Source: Eledone cirrhosa (lineage: Eukaryota). From it: DNA of 64,000 nucleotides. Where the stretch lies: the NCBI GenBank assembly GCA_964016885.1, contig OZ024744.1, forward strand, positions 20,150,001-20,214,000. Reading direction: 5' to 3'. The position numbers and the translations under genes are program-made. The first letter of the stretch is position 1, and each line of letters begins with the position of its first letter. This document shows, piece by piece, positions 28,678 through 41,240 of this stretch. The notes below the pieces were generated by a model. That model saw nothing but the letters and a program-made list of their open reading frames with translations. It was not told the origin of the DNA and did no database searches.

Positions 28678-29222
28678 CTAGGGCGGGTAAAATTCCCGAG
28701 ATCCATGGACGAGTTCTCTCCAGCGGTCTCTGTCCCTCATTATCGCTGCCATGTCCTGCGTCTCTAACAGACCAGTGTCTGTCCTTAGGGCATCAACATA
28801 CGTTAACCTTGGTCTTCCTCTTCCAGTGTGTCTATGTAGGGGCTCCCACAGGAGCACTGAGTGCAGTGTCAACTCTGGATGTCGGTGAGCATGTACAGCT
28901 AACCTCAGTCTCCTCTGTCTCACTTTTGAGTTGACTTTTGGGAGGCTCCCAAACAGCTCTGAGTTTTTCATCCTCAGTGTATAATGATTAATGTTCAGGC
29001 GAAAAAGATATCGGATGCTGAATTTGCCGACGACATAGTTTGGGTGACAAATACAATGAAAGAAGCAGAGGATTTGATGCAGGAGGTTGAGACTGTGTCG
29101 ATGCGTGTGGGGCCGAGAATGAATGAGTCTAAGACAAAATGTCTGGTAGAGAATGTTGAGAAGCCAGAGGGGATTACTAATGTAGGCGGGAAGCCGCTGG
29201 AATTAGTAGAGGACTTCTTGTT
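28678..29222. mobile_element. RTE LINE fragment with 5' inversion
   Basis: 28678-28998 is the RTE 3' end on the minus strand (matches 28-348). 28999-29222 is an RT core piece (DAEFADDIV...MNESKTK...VEDF) on the plus strand. Confidence 0.8.
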
Positions 29223-30076
29223 TTAGTTGACTTACGTCTCCGAACATTCGTGTATTTATATGTAGGTATGCGTGTGCGTTTGTTATATACGTATTTATTT
29301 ACTTATATACGTTTATATAATTATTTATTTATTTGTACACAAGCATACACACACACACACATTTATATGTGCGCGGTTTTGTATATCCATGGTAAGGTTT
29401 TGCGTATGCTTGTGTATGTATGTATCTGTTTGCGTGTATGTATTTATTTGTTTCTATTACTTCTGTATTGTATTTATTTACTTTGTTCTTAACTCTGTAG
29501 CTGAGATTCATTCGGTCTCCTAGTTATAATTTTAGTCTACGATTTCTGCTATACCATTTACGTGGTTTTGTCTTTGCGTGCTATTGTTCTCCACGCTCCA
29601 CATATGACTTATTATCTTCGTTTTTTCGTTCATTGCCAGAGAACGTCTCTATGCACCACCTAAAAGAACATTAGTCTACGACCTCTTTTATACCATAAAC
29701 GTGGTTTTGTCATTGCGCGTAATTGTTTTTAACCGCTCCTATTAATTACGTATTATTCGTTTTTTCCCGTTCTTTGCCAGCGAACATTACCACGAACCAA
29801 AGTATCGTCTTCCTGTCTTCCTCCGGTTGCAACGTTTTTTGAAATATTCAGTTATGCGTTTACAGATTGACTTTGTTAGTTTCAGAAGATCCCGTTAAGG
29901 GAGAAAGCAGCGGTTCTTTGCTTAAACTTTAATCTGTTATTTTAATAAATATTTGCTCTACGGTTCTTATATATTTGATATATATTTTCCTTATCGAGCC
30001 CTCTTTGGATTTTAGTCTTCAATTTTATTATTATTACAGTATATATATATATATATATATATATACAATACGGGCA

Positions 30077-30198
30077 TCCACTGATGATTTATAAGTGCCC
30101 ACCTGCGCATGTTCTTACAGAAAAATATGTTGGCTTTTACATAACACGGATACATTCTCCCAACTTGTAAACAGCTTATAATGAAACAATTGTTTGGA
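30077..30198 (+). ncRNA. Type I hammerhead with 95-nt stem II region
   Basis: TCCA-CTGATGA(30081)-tTTATAAGT...GCTTATAAt-GAAA(30183)-CAATTG-TT-TGGA; stem I is only 4 bp. Confidence 0.7.
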
Positions 30199-30817
30199 AA
30201 GAGAGATATATATTTTAATTTTAATTATATCTCATATAAAATAATACAATTGGCTTTCCACAAAATACATATAGTTAGCACCCCAAACATATAATTGGGA
30301 TTATACTAAGGTATATCCTAATGTTTGTTGAGTGAGATGGTTGCCAGTCAGAGTAAAGCTTAAGGCTTTCTCTGTTAATGTATTGAATATTTTACTCTTG
30401 ATTTGGCCAGAGATAAATTTTTCCAGATACCTTTTAAGCGTAAATTTCCGTATTTACTATTGTTATGAAATATTGATTGTTATTTTGGTATCATATCTCT
30501 GTTTTTAGCCTAAGAAAATATCTATATGCGTGTATAATTAATACATGCATACATTTTTTTTTAAAATTTAATTGAGTTCTTAACACGCAGGGTTAAAATT
30601 GTTGAAAACATTTAATTCACCCACGTGTATATTATTTTACTTTCTTGTGTTTCGCGATTGCCTCCCTTTTCCGCTTCGTGACGCTGTGAAATTCCTCATT
30701 CTGAGACTGCTGGAATTTCAAATTTGGCGGTCATTATGATGCGTGGAGGGATGATTAGCTGACAGAAAAAAATGACATCGGTAAGGAATTGTTCCTTATA
30801 TCAATGTTTGACGGCCA

Positions 30818-30939
30818 TCCACTGATGATTTATAAGTGCCCACCTGCATATGTTCTCACAGAAAAATATGTTGGCTTTTACATAACCCGGATACATTCTC
30901 CCAAATTGTAAAAGACTTATAATGAAACAATTGTTTGGA
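30818..30939 (+). ncRNA. Type I hammerhead with 95-nt stem II region (second copy)
   Basis: CTGATGA at 30822, TTATAAGT/ACTTATAA 8-bp stem II base, GAAA at 30924, palindrome AAACAATTGTTT. Confidence 0.7.
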
Positions 30940-31147
30940 AAGAGAGATATATATTTTAATTTTAATTATATCTCATATAAAATAATACAACTGGCTTTCC
31001 ACAAAATACATATAGTTAGCACCCCAAACATATAATTGGGATTATACTAAGGTATATCCTAATGTTTGTTGAGTGAGATGGTATCCAGTCAGAGTAAAGC
31101 TTAAGGCTTTCTCTGTTAATGTATTGTATATATATATATATATATAT

Positions 31148-31593
31148 ATACATACAGGTACACATACATATATGTACGTATCAGTTTCATATATGTATGT
31201 ACGTATACATACATACTTACATTTAAGTAAGTGCCGTACTAAGAGTGAGAAATGAAATTTCGTTTTCATTTTATTACGACTTATCGTTTTCGGAACGCCT
31301 GGCCGAACTCACTCGATATGCAAATTAGGCTGCTCAGCCGTTAATTTTCATAAAGAAAGTATATACTTTCGAACGTTCAACCATCTGGCAGAAGGGTATA
31401 CGGTGCTGATGATAGCTAACAAGCTTGAAACTAGTACATCGTTCTTGTGTCAGTGTTGAACAAAAAGGTGACGTGGTTGCCTTACCACCGTACGGCATAA
31501 ATTCAGGGTGTTCAGTTTGTTTACAAACGAACAAAGCGGGCGTTATAATAAGCGTCCGCTAAACTGATACGTACATATATTTATGTGTACCTG

Positions 31594-31664
<71 letters not shown>

Positions 31665-31731
31665 GTATATATATATATGCATGCTACTGTACGTCTGTAT
31701 ACATATATGTATGTACGTATACATACATACT

Positions 31732-31772
<41 letters not shown>

Positions 31773-31810
31773 GTATGTATACGTACATACATATATGTAT
31801 ACAGACGTAG
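31148..31810 (+). mobile_element. Non-coding hammerhead element, ACTAGT family, about 512-bp unit with inverted 5' piece
   Basis: 31148-31187 is the reverse complement of about 31561-31600. Direct repeat 31190/31702; HHR at 31400-31442. Further fragments lie at 32140-32255, 34635-34748, 55607-55790 and 56720-57112. Confidence 0.75.
31400..31442 (+). ncRNA. Minimal type I hammerhead ribozyme
   Basis: ACGGTG-CTGATGA-tAGCTaacaAGCTt-GAAA-CTAG-TA-CATCGT; predicted cleavage after GUA (31436). Confidence 0.85.
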
Positions 31811-32133
31811 GGTGCTTCTGGACCGTCTGCTGACACACATTGCAGATTGTGTTCTTCCTGTAAATCAATCTGGTTTTCGTGCTGGACGCGGCACTACTGA
31901 TATGATCTTCTCAGCCAGACAGCTCCAGGAGAAGGGCATTGAACAAGGCTTGGATCTGTATCAGGTTTTTGTCGATCTGACAAAGGCTTTCGATACTGTC
32001 AACAGAGATGCATTATGGAAGGTTCTCCAGAAACTTGGTTGCCCTGATAAGTTCCTTGCTTTAGTTAGGTCTTTCCATGACGACATCAAGGCTTGGGTTA
32101 ATGTCGGAGGTAACATGTCGGAGCCTATCTCAG
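31805..32133 (+). mobile_element. Duplicated internal RTE RT segment
   Basis: 329 bp nearly identical to 32587-32915 (QSGFR...DLTKAFD). Confidence 0.9.
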
Positions 32134-32255
32134 GCACACATGAAATTTCGTTTCATTCTATTCCATTTATCGTTTTCGGTGCGCCTGGCCCACTGAACTA
32201 ACTCGATATGCAAATTAGGTTGCTCAGCCGTTAATTTTCATAAGGAAAGTATATA

Positions 32256-34300
32256 GTGAAGATTTCTTCAATCTCATTCCAGAAAGTCCTGTGAAAGTAG
32301 CTCTCACAGAACCTCCGACGCTTGTGGAGGTTGCAGTGGCTACTTCGAAGCTGAACAGTGGAAGATCTCCAGGTATGGATGGCATACATGCTGAGCTCCT
32401 ACAATATGATGGTGAGAGACTCCTGCAACATCTGCACTCTTTGTTTGGAAGGATATGGGCTAATGAATCCGTACCTGAGGACTGGAGAGATGCAGTAATG
32501 GTGGTCTTGTACAAGGGAAAGGGTGACAGGAATGATTGTGGGAACTACAGAGGTATATCATTGCTTTCTGTCGTAGGGAAAGTTTTACGTAGGGTGCTTC
32601 TGGACCGTCTGCTGACACACATTGCAGATTGTGTTCTTCCTGTAAGTCAATCTGGTTTTCGTGCTGGACGCGGCACTACTGATATGATCTTCTCAGCCAG
32701 ACAGCTCCAGGAGAAGTGCATTGAACAAGGCTTGGATCTGTATCAGGTTTTTGTCGATCTGACAAAGGCTTTCGATACTGTCAACAGAGATGCATTATGG
32801 AAGGTTCTCCAGAAACTTGGTTGCCCTGATAAGTTCCTTGCTTTAGTTAGGTCTTTCCATGACGACATCAAGGCTTGGGTTAATGTCGGAGGTAACATGT
32901 CGGAGCCTATCTCAGTAAAAAATGGAGTGAAACGGGGATATTCCAGCACCGACCCTCTTTGCCATATACTTTGCAATGGTTTTCTGTATTGCATTCAGGA
33001 ATTGCGGGCATGGTGTTTACATCCGATATCGAACCTCAGGCAGCATATTTAACATCAGGCGCTTTGCTGCGAAGACAAAAGTATTTACATCTATCAAAAG
33101 AGACCTCTTGTATGCAGATGATTGCGATCTTGTAGCGCAAACATAGAGTGATATGCAGCACATTTTGAATGCATTTTCTGACGCTTGCACTGCCCTGGGT
33201 TTGACTGTCAGTCTCGAGAAAACCGTCGTCATGTACCAACCTGCCCCTAGTAAGCAGTACACTGAACCAAACATCCATGTGTATGGCAAACGACTTGGAG
33301 TGGTTGATAAGTTTGTCTACCTGGGAACCACTGTCAATTGATACGGCAACCTTGACGGTGAATCTCACTTAGGATTAGGAAAGCAAGTGATGCTTTCGGA
33401 AAGCTAGAAAGGCGACTCTGGGGTCGCCGAGACATATGCAGGAGGACAAAGGTAAAGTTGTACAGGGCATGTGTACTCTCTTGTCTTCTTTATGCCTGCG
33501 AGACCTGGGTCACATATCGACACCACCTTACGCAATTGGAGCGTTTCCATCAGATGTGTCTCAGACGGATCCACGGCGTTCACTGGAGGGACCACATCAG
33601 TGATATCGAGATTTTGGAAAGCTCTATGTGTGACAGTATAGAAGCTCTTGTGCTTAAGCAACGACTCCGTTGGAGTGGCCACCTTGCCAGGATGAAGGAT
33701 TCTAGAATACCAAAACAACTCTTCTATGGAGAGTTGGTTAAAGGAAAACGACCGCCGCATAAACCAAAAGAGAGGTATAAGGATTCCTTGAAAGCCTCTC
33801 TGAAAGACGCTAACATCTCTGCTGATACATGGGAAAATATTGCTGCTGATCGTAATACATGGAGAAAGACTGTATATGAGGGAAAAGTTGCCTTTGAGGC
33901 ATCTCGAATCGCACACGAGAAAGTAAAGCGGGATGTGAGGAAGGGCATTGCTGTTGCACTTCCAGACGGCGAGGGTCCTCCTATGGTGCTGACATGCAGC
34001 GTCTGTGTGAGACTCTGCCTAAGCAAAGCTGGACTCGAATGTCATCTTCGCAGTCATAAAGTAAGACCAGTGGTTGACTACCAGGCTGCTGTTGGAGATG
34101 CTACTCATCATGCTTGCCAAACATGTGGTAGAGAATGTAAATCAGCAGGAGGGCTCAAGCGACATGCAAAAGTACACGAACTCCAACCACAGCCGACTAT
34201 TCCCAGTGAATGTTTTGGTTGCCGACTCTGTGCAAGACATTTTAGATCATTGGCTGGGCTAAAAAGCCACATTCGATCGCAGCACTGCTAGTTGCTATCG
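32256..34300 (+). mobile_element. RTE-clade LINE, 5'-truncated; RT plus three C-terminal C2H2-like fingers
   Basis: Motifs SPGMDGI, CGNYRGISLL, QSGFR, DLTKAFD, LYADD (about 33108-33122), LLYACETW and RLRWSGH. Frameshifts and stops lie at about 32940, 33144 and 33340. Confidence 0.92.
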
Positions 34301-34402
34301 TGTGTGTGTGCGTGTGTAGATATGCTTATGTGCGTGCTTGTGTGTGTATATATATATGAATATGTATATTATTATTGTTGTTGTCGTTATTATTATTATT
34401 GC

Positions 34403-34433
<31 letters not shown>

Positions 34434-34497
34434 GTTATTAATGTATGTGCGTGTGTATATGTGTGTGTATGTGTATGTATGTGTGTATGTACATATG

Positions 34498-34536
<39 letters not shown>

Positions 34537-34585
34537 CTTTTTTTTTACTTCTCGTGCAATGGCCATACTCGATAACGAAGGGGCA

Positions 34586-34637
<52 letters not shown>

Positions 34638-34745
34638 GCTGCTGTACGTCTGTATACATATATATATGTACGTATACATACATACTTACATTTAAGTAAG
34701 TGCCGTACTAAGAGTGAGAAATGAAATTTCGTTTCATTCTATTCC

Positions 34746-34866
<121 letters not shown>

Positions 34867-34868
34867 TA

Positions 34869-36273
34869 TTGGTAAACTGAATAGAAAATGCTGACAAAAT
34901 GTTCACAGTTGAAAAATAAAAGAGTATTAGTAATTGTATTGGTTAGTATTCAGTTGTGGTTTTAAGTTTTTACCGGTTGTAAAGAACCGGTTGCCGAGAA
35001 CAATACATAGGCCAGACCAAAAACAGCCTCCGCCAACGCATGACTGTCCATAGATCCCAAATTAAAATACGGGAATACAGGAAAATACCACTGAGTGAAA
35101 ACATTGATACCTGTGCCGCCCAAAATCATCCCAACTTCATAATCTTTCCCCTCTACAAATTTAAAGATAATGCCACCCACACCCATCGCATCAGCAAGGA
35201 ATCTTACTTTATTAACAAATACGGACCCCGTCTAAACACTTCTCCCTAAGATGAAACCAAAACATACACACGTCAACATACATACCTACATCAGCACACA
35301 TCTCTACCCACATATAAACACAATGACATACGTAAACACACATGTTCTATGGTGCAACACAAAAAAATCTATATAAATATATATATATATATATATAGTG
35401 AGTATATGTATATATATATATATATATAGTGAATATCATTTCACACCTTTTATTGTTAAGATTTTTGATGTTCTATTGAGAGAATCGATTTTACTGAAAA
35501 TAGCGAATAATGTACACCATTTTACCAGGGGGAAAAAATACTGGTCCACCCAAACACACATTCTCACACACACACATATATCTATATATACACACACACA
35601 CATACACACGCGTACATTAACATACAAAGAGACTTATACACACACACACACACACACACACACATCTCCGTATAAAACAAAAGCTGAAAAATATATTTTG
35701 ACATGCTAAAATACCCCCCACTCCTTACATACACATTCCTACTGACCATCCCGCTACCACGAATTCCTCTGCTATACACACACACACACACACACACACT
35801 TATCTTAATAGCCATTTGAACTGTCAACAGGCTGCGGCTCGCACACACATCCCTGCTAACCATTACCACAACATCGAACACTTTACTACTAGTACACGCA
35901 CACACACACACATTTGTTGTGAAAGAGTCATTTCTCAGTCTTTGCGCAAATTCAATTTTTTACATTCAAATGACCTCTACCGACCAATCAAAATTGTTTT
36001 GACCACAACAATGTTTGCAACACTAAGTAGCGCTGGAGCCACTTTTTTAACATAAAAACAGGTTGAATTCCCAAAACTAATCAGATCAGAGCAAACAACA
36101 CGGACGCTCTATCTCAAAATTATTTTTGAAAAGCATTTAGAAATGCGCAACCGGTAAAAACTTAAAACCACAACTGAATACTAACCAATACAATTACTAA
36201 TACTCTTTTATTCCTAATTAAACTATTTTTCAACTGTAAACAATTTGTCAGCATTTTCTATTCCGTTTACCAA
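34869..36273 (+). mobile_element. 5'-truncated PLE with inverted pseudo-LTR piece
   Basis: GIY-YIG tail at 35005-35249 (YIGQTKNSLRQR...). 34869-34979 is the reverse complement of 36148-36273. A decayed HHR lies at 36122-36160, and (TA)n flanks the element. Confidence 0.8.
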
Positions 36274-36308
36274 TATATAATAACTTGTGTGTTACACCTC
36301 TATTCTTT

Positions 36309-36377
<69 letters not shown>

Positions 36378-36383
<6 letters not shown>

Positions 36384-37120
36384 AAATAACGAAACGAAAT
36401 TAAATTTCGTTTCGTTTGTAACTCACTTTTGTATGACTGACGCTTAAACAATTTCTGGAGAATAGAGGAAAGGTGTTTCCTCAAAAACCAGTATGACTCT
36501 AAATACCGGTTTGTCTGTGTGTTTACATACAGAATAGCTGGATACTCACAGTAAAGTAACCAGTGAAAGACTTGGTACATCTACATATGTATACGTGTGT
36601 GTATTCATATGCATACTAATATTTCAGTATACATATGTAGATGTACATTTTTAACTTAATTGTTTAAGCGTCAGTCATACAAAAGTGAGTTACAAACGAA
36701 ACGAAATTTAATTTCGTTTCGTTATTTGTTTTTATAGTCTCCGTTGAACCGGTACGTACTCACACTCTATGCAAATTAGTCTGCCCACTACTAATTTTCA
36801 TAGAAAAAGCATATAACGATATGTGCTTTTACGATTCTCCAGAAAGGCCGGTAGATAGGTAAATATTGCTGATGAGTTGTAACAACAACGAAACTAGTTC
36901 AATATTCCCTGTCTGGCTTTCTGGAGAATAGAGGAAAGGTGTTTCCTCAAAAACCAGTATGACTCTAAAAACCGGTTTGTCTGTCTGTTAACATACAGAA
37001 TAGCTGGATACTCACAGTAAAGTAACCAGTGAAAGACTTGGTACATCTACATATGTATACGTTTGTGTATTCATATGCATACTAGTATTTCAGTAAGCAT
37101 ATGTAGATGTACATTTTTAA

Positions 37121-37125
<5 letters not shown>
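36378..37125 (+). mobile_element. Non-coding hammerhead element, 466-bp unit with inverted 5' piece
   Basis: Direct repeat 36452-36656 / 36918-37123. 36378-36452 is the reverse complement of about 36658-36732. Long (TA)n tracts lie on both sides. Confidence 0.85.
36862..36906 (+). ncRNA. Type I hammerhead ribozyme, fully canonical
   Basis: AATATTG-CTGATGA-GTTGT-aaca-ACAAC-GAAA-CTAG-TT-CAATATT: perfect 7-bp stem I, 5-bp stem II with G10.1-C11.1, GUU triplet. Confidence 0.92.
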
Positions 37126-37207
<82 letters not shown>

Positions 37208-37314
37208 TATATATATGAATATAAATATATATATATATATATAAAGATTCAGGAGGATACCGACGGCTGAGCTTCGGCCGTTTCGATAGCTAGATCCTCT
37301 TTCTTATATAGTTA

Positions 37315-37568
37315 TATACACAAAACGCCAGCATCAATAGTTTTCCAAGAGATGTCAACATGAATGGACCTGTTATTTTTATCTAAAGACATTTTTTCCA
37401 ATTCCAGCCCGCTCGTCCCCTTAATCTATTTTATTTCTCATTCTTTCTTTTGATGAAGGACTAGCGTCCGGAACGTTAAGACCCTCTTCCTACTATATCA
37501 AGCGTTAACCTAACATATTCCTTCTATATACTGTAGCGATTGTATTGTTTTTTCTGTTTACCTTTTAC
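37315..37568 (+). mobile_element. Solo PLE pseudo-LTR (family of 25306 and 41568) with decayed HHR
   Basis: Reverse complement of about 41570-41820; the HHR reads TTGATGA-aGGACtagcGTCC-GGAA-CGTTAAGA. Confidence 0.8.
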
Positions 37569-37615
37569 ACACACACACGCATGCACACATACACACATAC
37601 ACACACACATACACA

Positions 37616-37698
<83 letters not shown>

Positions 37699-37859
37699 AT
37701 ACATACATATATATATATATATATGAAAATCGGGAGAAAAAGCCGATTATTAGGAAGAAACATTTTTTTTTCCCTTTTATTTTTTTCTCTTTGTTCTGGG
37801 TTAGAACATGTTTAAAACAAAATATTTTAATTTGTGTGAAGTGTTAAGGTATAAGTTAA

Positions 37860-38812
37860 TTTATTTATTACTTAACAATGGCATTTATTTATTTGTTTAT
37901 ATATTTAATAATTGTCTATTGCCGGTTTCAGCATGTTATGCATTATCAAAGAGGGGAATTTGTATTGGTGTAAAATGTTCGGCGATGTTGAACATGTTAA
38001 GGAAATGGTGAAGAAAGAATAATGTTATTTACAAACAAGGTTTTTGAAGTGAAAAGGAAAAAGAAAAAAAAGGGGCTAATGTGGAACATGATAAGATAAT
38101 GGGAGAGAAAAAATAATATTATTTACAGGCATAGTTCTTGAAGATAAGCAGTTCAAAATGTGTTATTATGGCAAGAGTGCTTATTTGATCGATGATGGAG
38201 GCAAATGGTAGTCTGGGGTTTGATATGATTTACCCTTTTAGAGAGTTAATATGCAGGGGGAGGTAATTCAGGGTGGTCAGGTAGGGGAGAGAGAAATGAG
38301 AGAAAAAGGATTAGGTAGGGTGTACGGGAGGTAACTCTTTAGAGAACATAGACATTTAGGGCTTTGTTCATTGTTCGTTTCAGTTTCAGTTTAGTCCGAA
38401 GTTTAGTCCATTAAGTAGAGGTTGGAATTTGTTAATGAAGTACGTTTCCTTATTGGTACGATGGATGAAAGAAGCATTGTCTATGAATTTGCAAATGTGG
38501 AAAATTTTAAAGTTTGGATGTTGGTTAGGTGTACAATTGGCGATATATTCACTAAAAGCAATCTTTCTGTATTCCTGTATTTTGATTTGTGATTTATGGA
38601 CGTTGTCGGAGGCTGTTTTTTCTTGTCTGTCCTATGTAGTGCTCTTGACAATCTGAGCAGGTCAAAACATAGATTAGGTTTTCAGATGCACATGTAAAGT
38701 TGTATTTAACTGTGAAATGTTGTCCTTGTTTAAAGTGGAATGTTGAACCTTCTATTAGATTTATGCATATACCACAGTTGGGCCTTCTGCATTTTTTTAC
38801 TGTAGGGTTCAT
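37860..38812 (-). mobile_element. PLE 3' fragment (GIY-YIG + 3' UTR), same family as 21170-23895
   Basis: MNPTVKKCRRPNCGICINLIEGS...YIGQT is nearly identical to 22977-23408, and the UTR matches through the decayed HHR at 37905-37945. Confidence 0.92.
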
Positions 38813-38945
38813 TTATATATAATGAATAGGAAATATTAAAAAGAAACAAGTCCATAGAAATCAATCAAAGAAAAAGAAAGTAACATTGTAAAAGACTATG
38901 AAAGGAAAAGAGGGGAAAGGACACAGATTATTAAGCAGATTATTA

Positions 38946-39041
38946 CCTTTGCCTTTCATCCTTTCGGGGTCGATAAAATAAAGTACCCGTAATGTACTGG
39001 GATAATTGCTGGCCTTGTGCAAAAAGTAGAAATAATTATTT
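38946..39041 (+). mobile_element. SINE 3' half
   Basis: CTTTGCCTTTCATCCTTTCGGGGTCGATAAA...GGCCTTGTGC, matching 39219-39311. Confidence 0.8.
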
Positions 39042-39120
39042 AAATTTTTAACAGTTATATAAGTTTATGTGCTAAAAATTTAAATAATAATAATATAATC
39101 ATACCTCATTATTCTAGATA

Positions 39121-39311
39121 GGGCGGTGGATTGGCAGTATCGGTAGAGGGTCGGACGCCATGCTTTCCAGCATAGTTACGTCCCTTTACGATCTGAGTTC
39201 AAATCCCGCCGAGGTTGACTTTGCCTTTTATCCTTACGGGGTCGATAAAATAAAGTACCAGTAATGCACTGGATAATTGCTGGCCTTGTGCCTAAAGTAG
39301 AAACAATTATT
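39121..39311 (+). mobile_element. Full-length tRNA-derived SINE with Deu/Nin-like central domain and target-site duplication
   Basis: Box A TGGCAGTATCGG (39132), box B GAGTTCAAATCC (39195), central GCCTTTTATCCTTACGGGGTCGATAAA. ATTATTCTAGATAG flanks it at 39108-39121 and 39306-39319. Confidence 0.88.
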
Positions 39312-39782
39312 CTAGATAGTGGAAGTGATAAATCGAGATAGCAAATCACGAGGAAAGAGAGAAAAAAATGAGAATTTGATCGTAGGAACAAGAGAAGGGA
39401 GAAATGATCAAATGATAGAGAGAGGAAAATATGTTAAATCGTATAATCAAAGGGAGTAAGATATGCACTGTAACATGTAAATAGCATATAACGTTACCGT
39501 TTATTTTCAAATCTTAAGTTAATTGAAAATAGTCAATTAATCAAACGGCATAAGATTTTAGACTATACAGTTTTAAAGGATTTATATTATTGTATTATAT
39601 CAGAGTTCAAGCAAATGTAACGTGAAAGAGATAAATGTATGTATATCATAACTCCAAAGGTATTCACATGTATATTTAAAAGTATATTAAAATCAAGAAT
39701 GCAATCAATACATTAGTAAAAAAAACTTAAATGTTATTAATAAGTCATAAAGCATTATAAATGTATTTAATGCTTTATGAAT

Positions 39783-39848
39783 TATTTTATCTGATGAGGA
39801 CGTACTGTTGAAATAGCTCAGTATCGCTGAAATATGTATAATGAAATA
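39783..39848 (+). ncRNA. Type I hammerhead ribozyme
   Basis: TATTTTAT-CTGATGA(39791)-stem II with TACTG/CAGTA-GAAA(39829)-TATGTATA-ATGAAATA, followed by the conserved ACTC...GAGTGCT motif. Confidence 0.75.
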
Positions 39849-39990
39849 TATTTGATCACATGAATGTCTATATTTATTAACACTTTGAAGTAATATTAAT
39901 AACTCAAGAAAACCTTACTGTAGAGTGCTTATAATTAATTGTGAAACTTTATTCATTAATGAATTAATTGAACCTTGTTAAACTTTTAAT

Positions 39991-40024
<34 letters not shown>

Positions 40025-40401
40025 GAATTAATACATCTCCAACATATGCGTACAGATGTACACTAATGCTATTAAATATATAAGTTATGTCAAAGTACAT
40101 AGGTGGTTCAATGCAGAGGGATGCAGAACAATTATATGAAAGACGTAAAATAAGAAAATTAACTTACATCAGGGAGTCTATTCTCAGCTAAGTTCCCAGG
40201 CAATGCGCGGACACTAGGAACCCATATAAAAAGCTGCTATTTTTAGTGGTGAGGTAGACAACACGTCTATGTTTACTTCCGCTTTTACTACGGACTGGTT
40301 CATGTACAGGTCAAATTTTCGGCCCCATTCGATCCTGTGCTAGCTGGCAGATGGCAATATATTTTGCCGTTCCTGGGACTTTTATTCCTAGGAAAGGAAA
40401 A

Positions 40402-40484
40402 TGCTTCCTGATAACTAAACTTTTCCATTGGAAGTCCACATGGATTTCCAATCTTTTGTGAAGTGAAACCGATCGGTAAAAGCA
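40402..40484 (+). ncRNA. Decayed hammerhead (CTGATAA core)
   Basis: TGCTTC-CTGATAA...ATTGGAAGTCCA/TGGATTTCCAAT hairpin...GAAA-CCGATCGG-TA-AAAGCA; G8 is mutated. Confidence 0.55.
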
Positions 40485-40679
40485 ATTCGAATAGGTAAAT
40501 ATTTAAATTATATTTTTTAATTTATTTAAAAAAATTGTTTGAATTTTGCTTGTTCTGCTTATCTCAATATTATAGTTCTGGTATGTCAAATTAATACCAT
40601 AGAACAACCATTGTATCATAGACAACCTATATATTTCTATATTTCCAGGTGTACCTAGTAACTTTGGGCATATCAACTT

Positions 40680-40710
<31 letters not shown>

Positions 40711-41240
40711 ACAAATTATAAAGTAAGAAGAAGTAATAGTCCCAACTGTACAGTTTCGCTGGTCAGTTTGCAACAATTACACATTATAGAAGTGCAATAT
40801 GGTTGTGAGGCACATCAGCTTATCAAGTAACTCCTCAGGGAGGTACCGCTTTCCAGACATGTTAGCAGCAAGTGAGAATATCTCAAAAGCGGAGGGAGAA
40901 ACTACCACGTGATTCACCAGTCAAATAAACTAACAAATATAACGATATTTGTTCTTAAACAATATTTCATATCAAAAATCTTGCAAAATAAATTCATCGG
41001 CGGTATCGCATGGCAGACTAGGGGAGATATCTAGTACCCCTTATATATAACTGGTATGACATGACAGACTAGGTGAGATGTCTTATATATATATATACTC
41101 ACACACACACACATATATATGTATGTGTGTGTGAGTGTGTGTGTGTGTTAAGTATTTCTGTAGGAAAGGTAAAGGAAATAAGAGTGTTCTATGTATAGTA
41201 CAGAGCTATATATTAATACAATAAACAACACAATATAATT

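Larger units (their letters stand above)
30070..31128 (+). mobile_element. Non-coding hammerhead element, 741-bp unit, about 1.4 copies
   Basis: Direct repeat 30070-30386 / 30811-31127 (offset 741), each copy beginning with an HHR. There is no credible ORF, and (TA)n lies on both sides. Confidence 0.8.

Noticed and set aside
39121-39210. Functional tRNA gene
   Set aside because: Boxes A and B are present but there is no complete cloverleaf; the sequence continues into a SINE body and has a target-site duplication.
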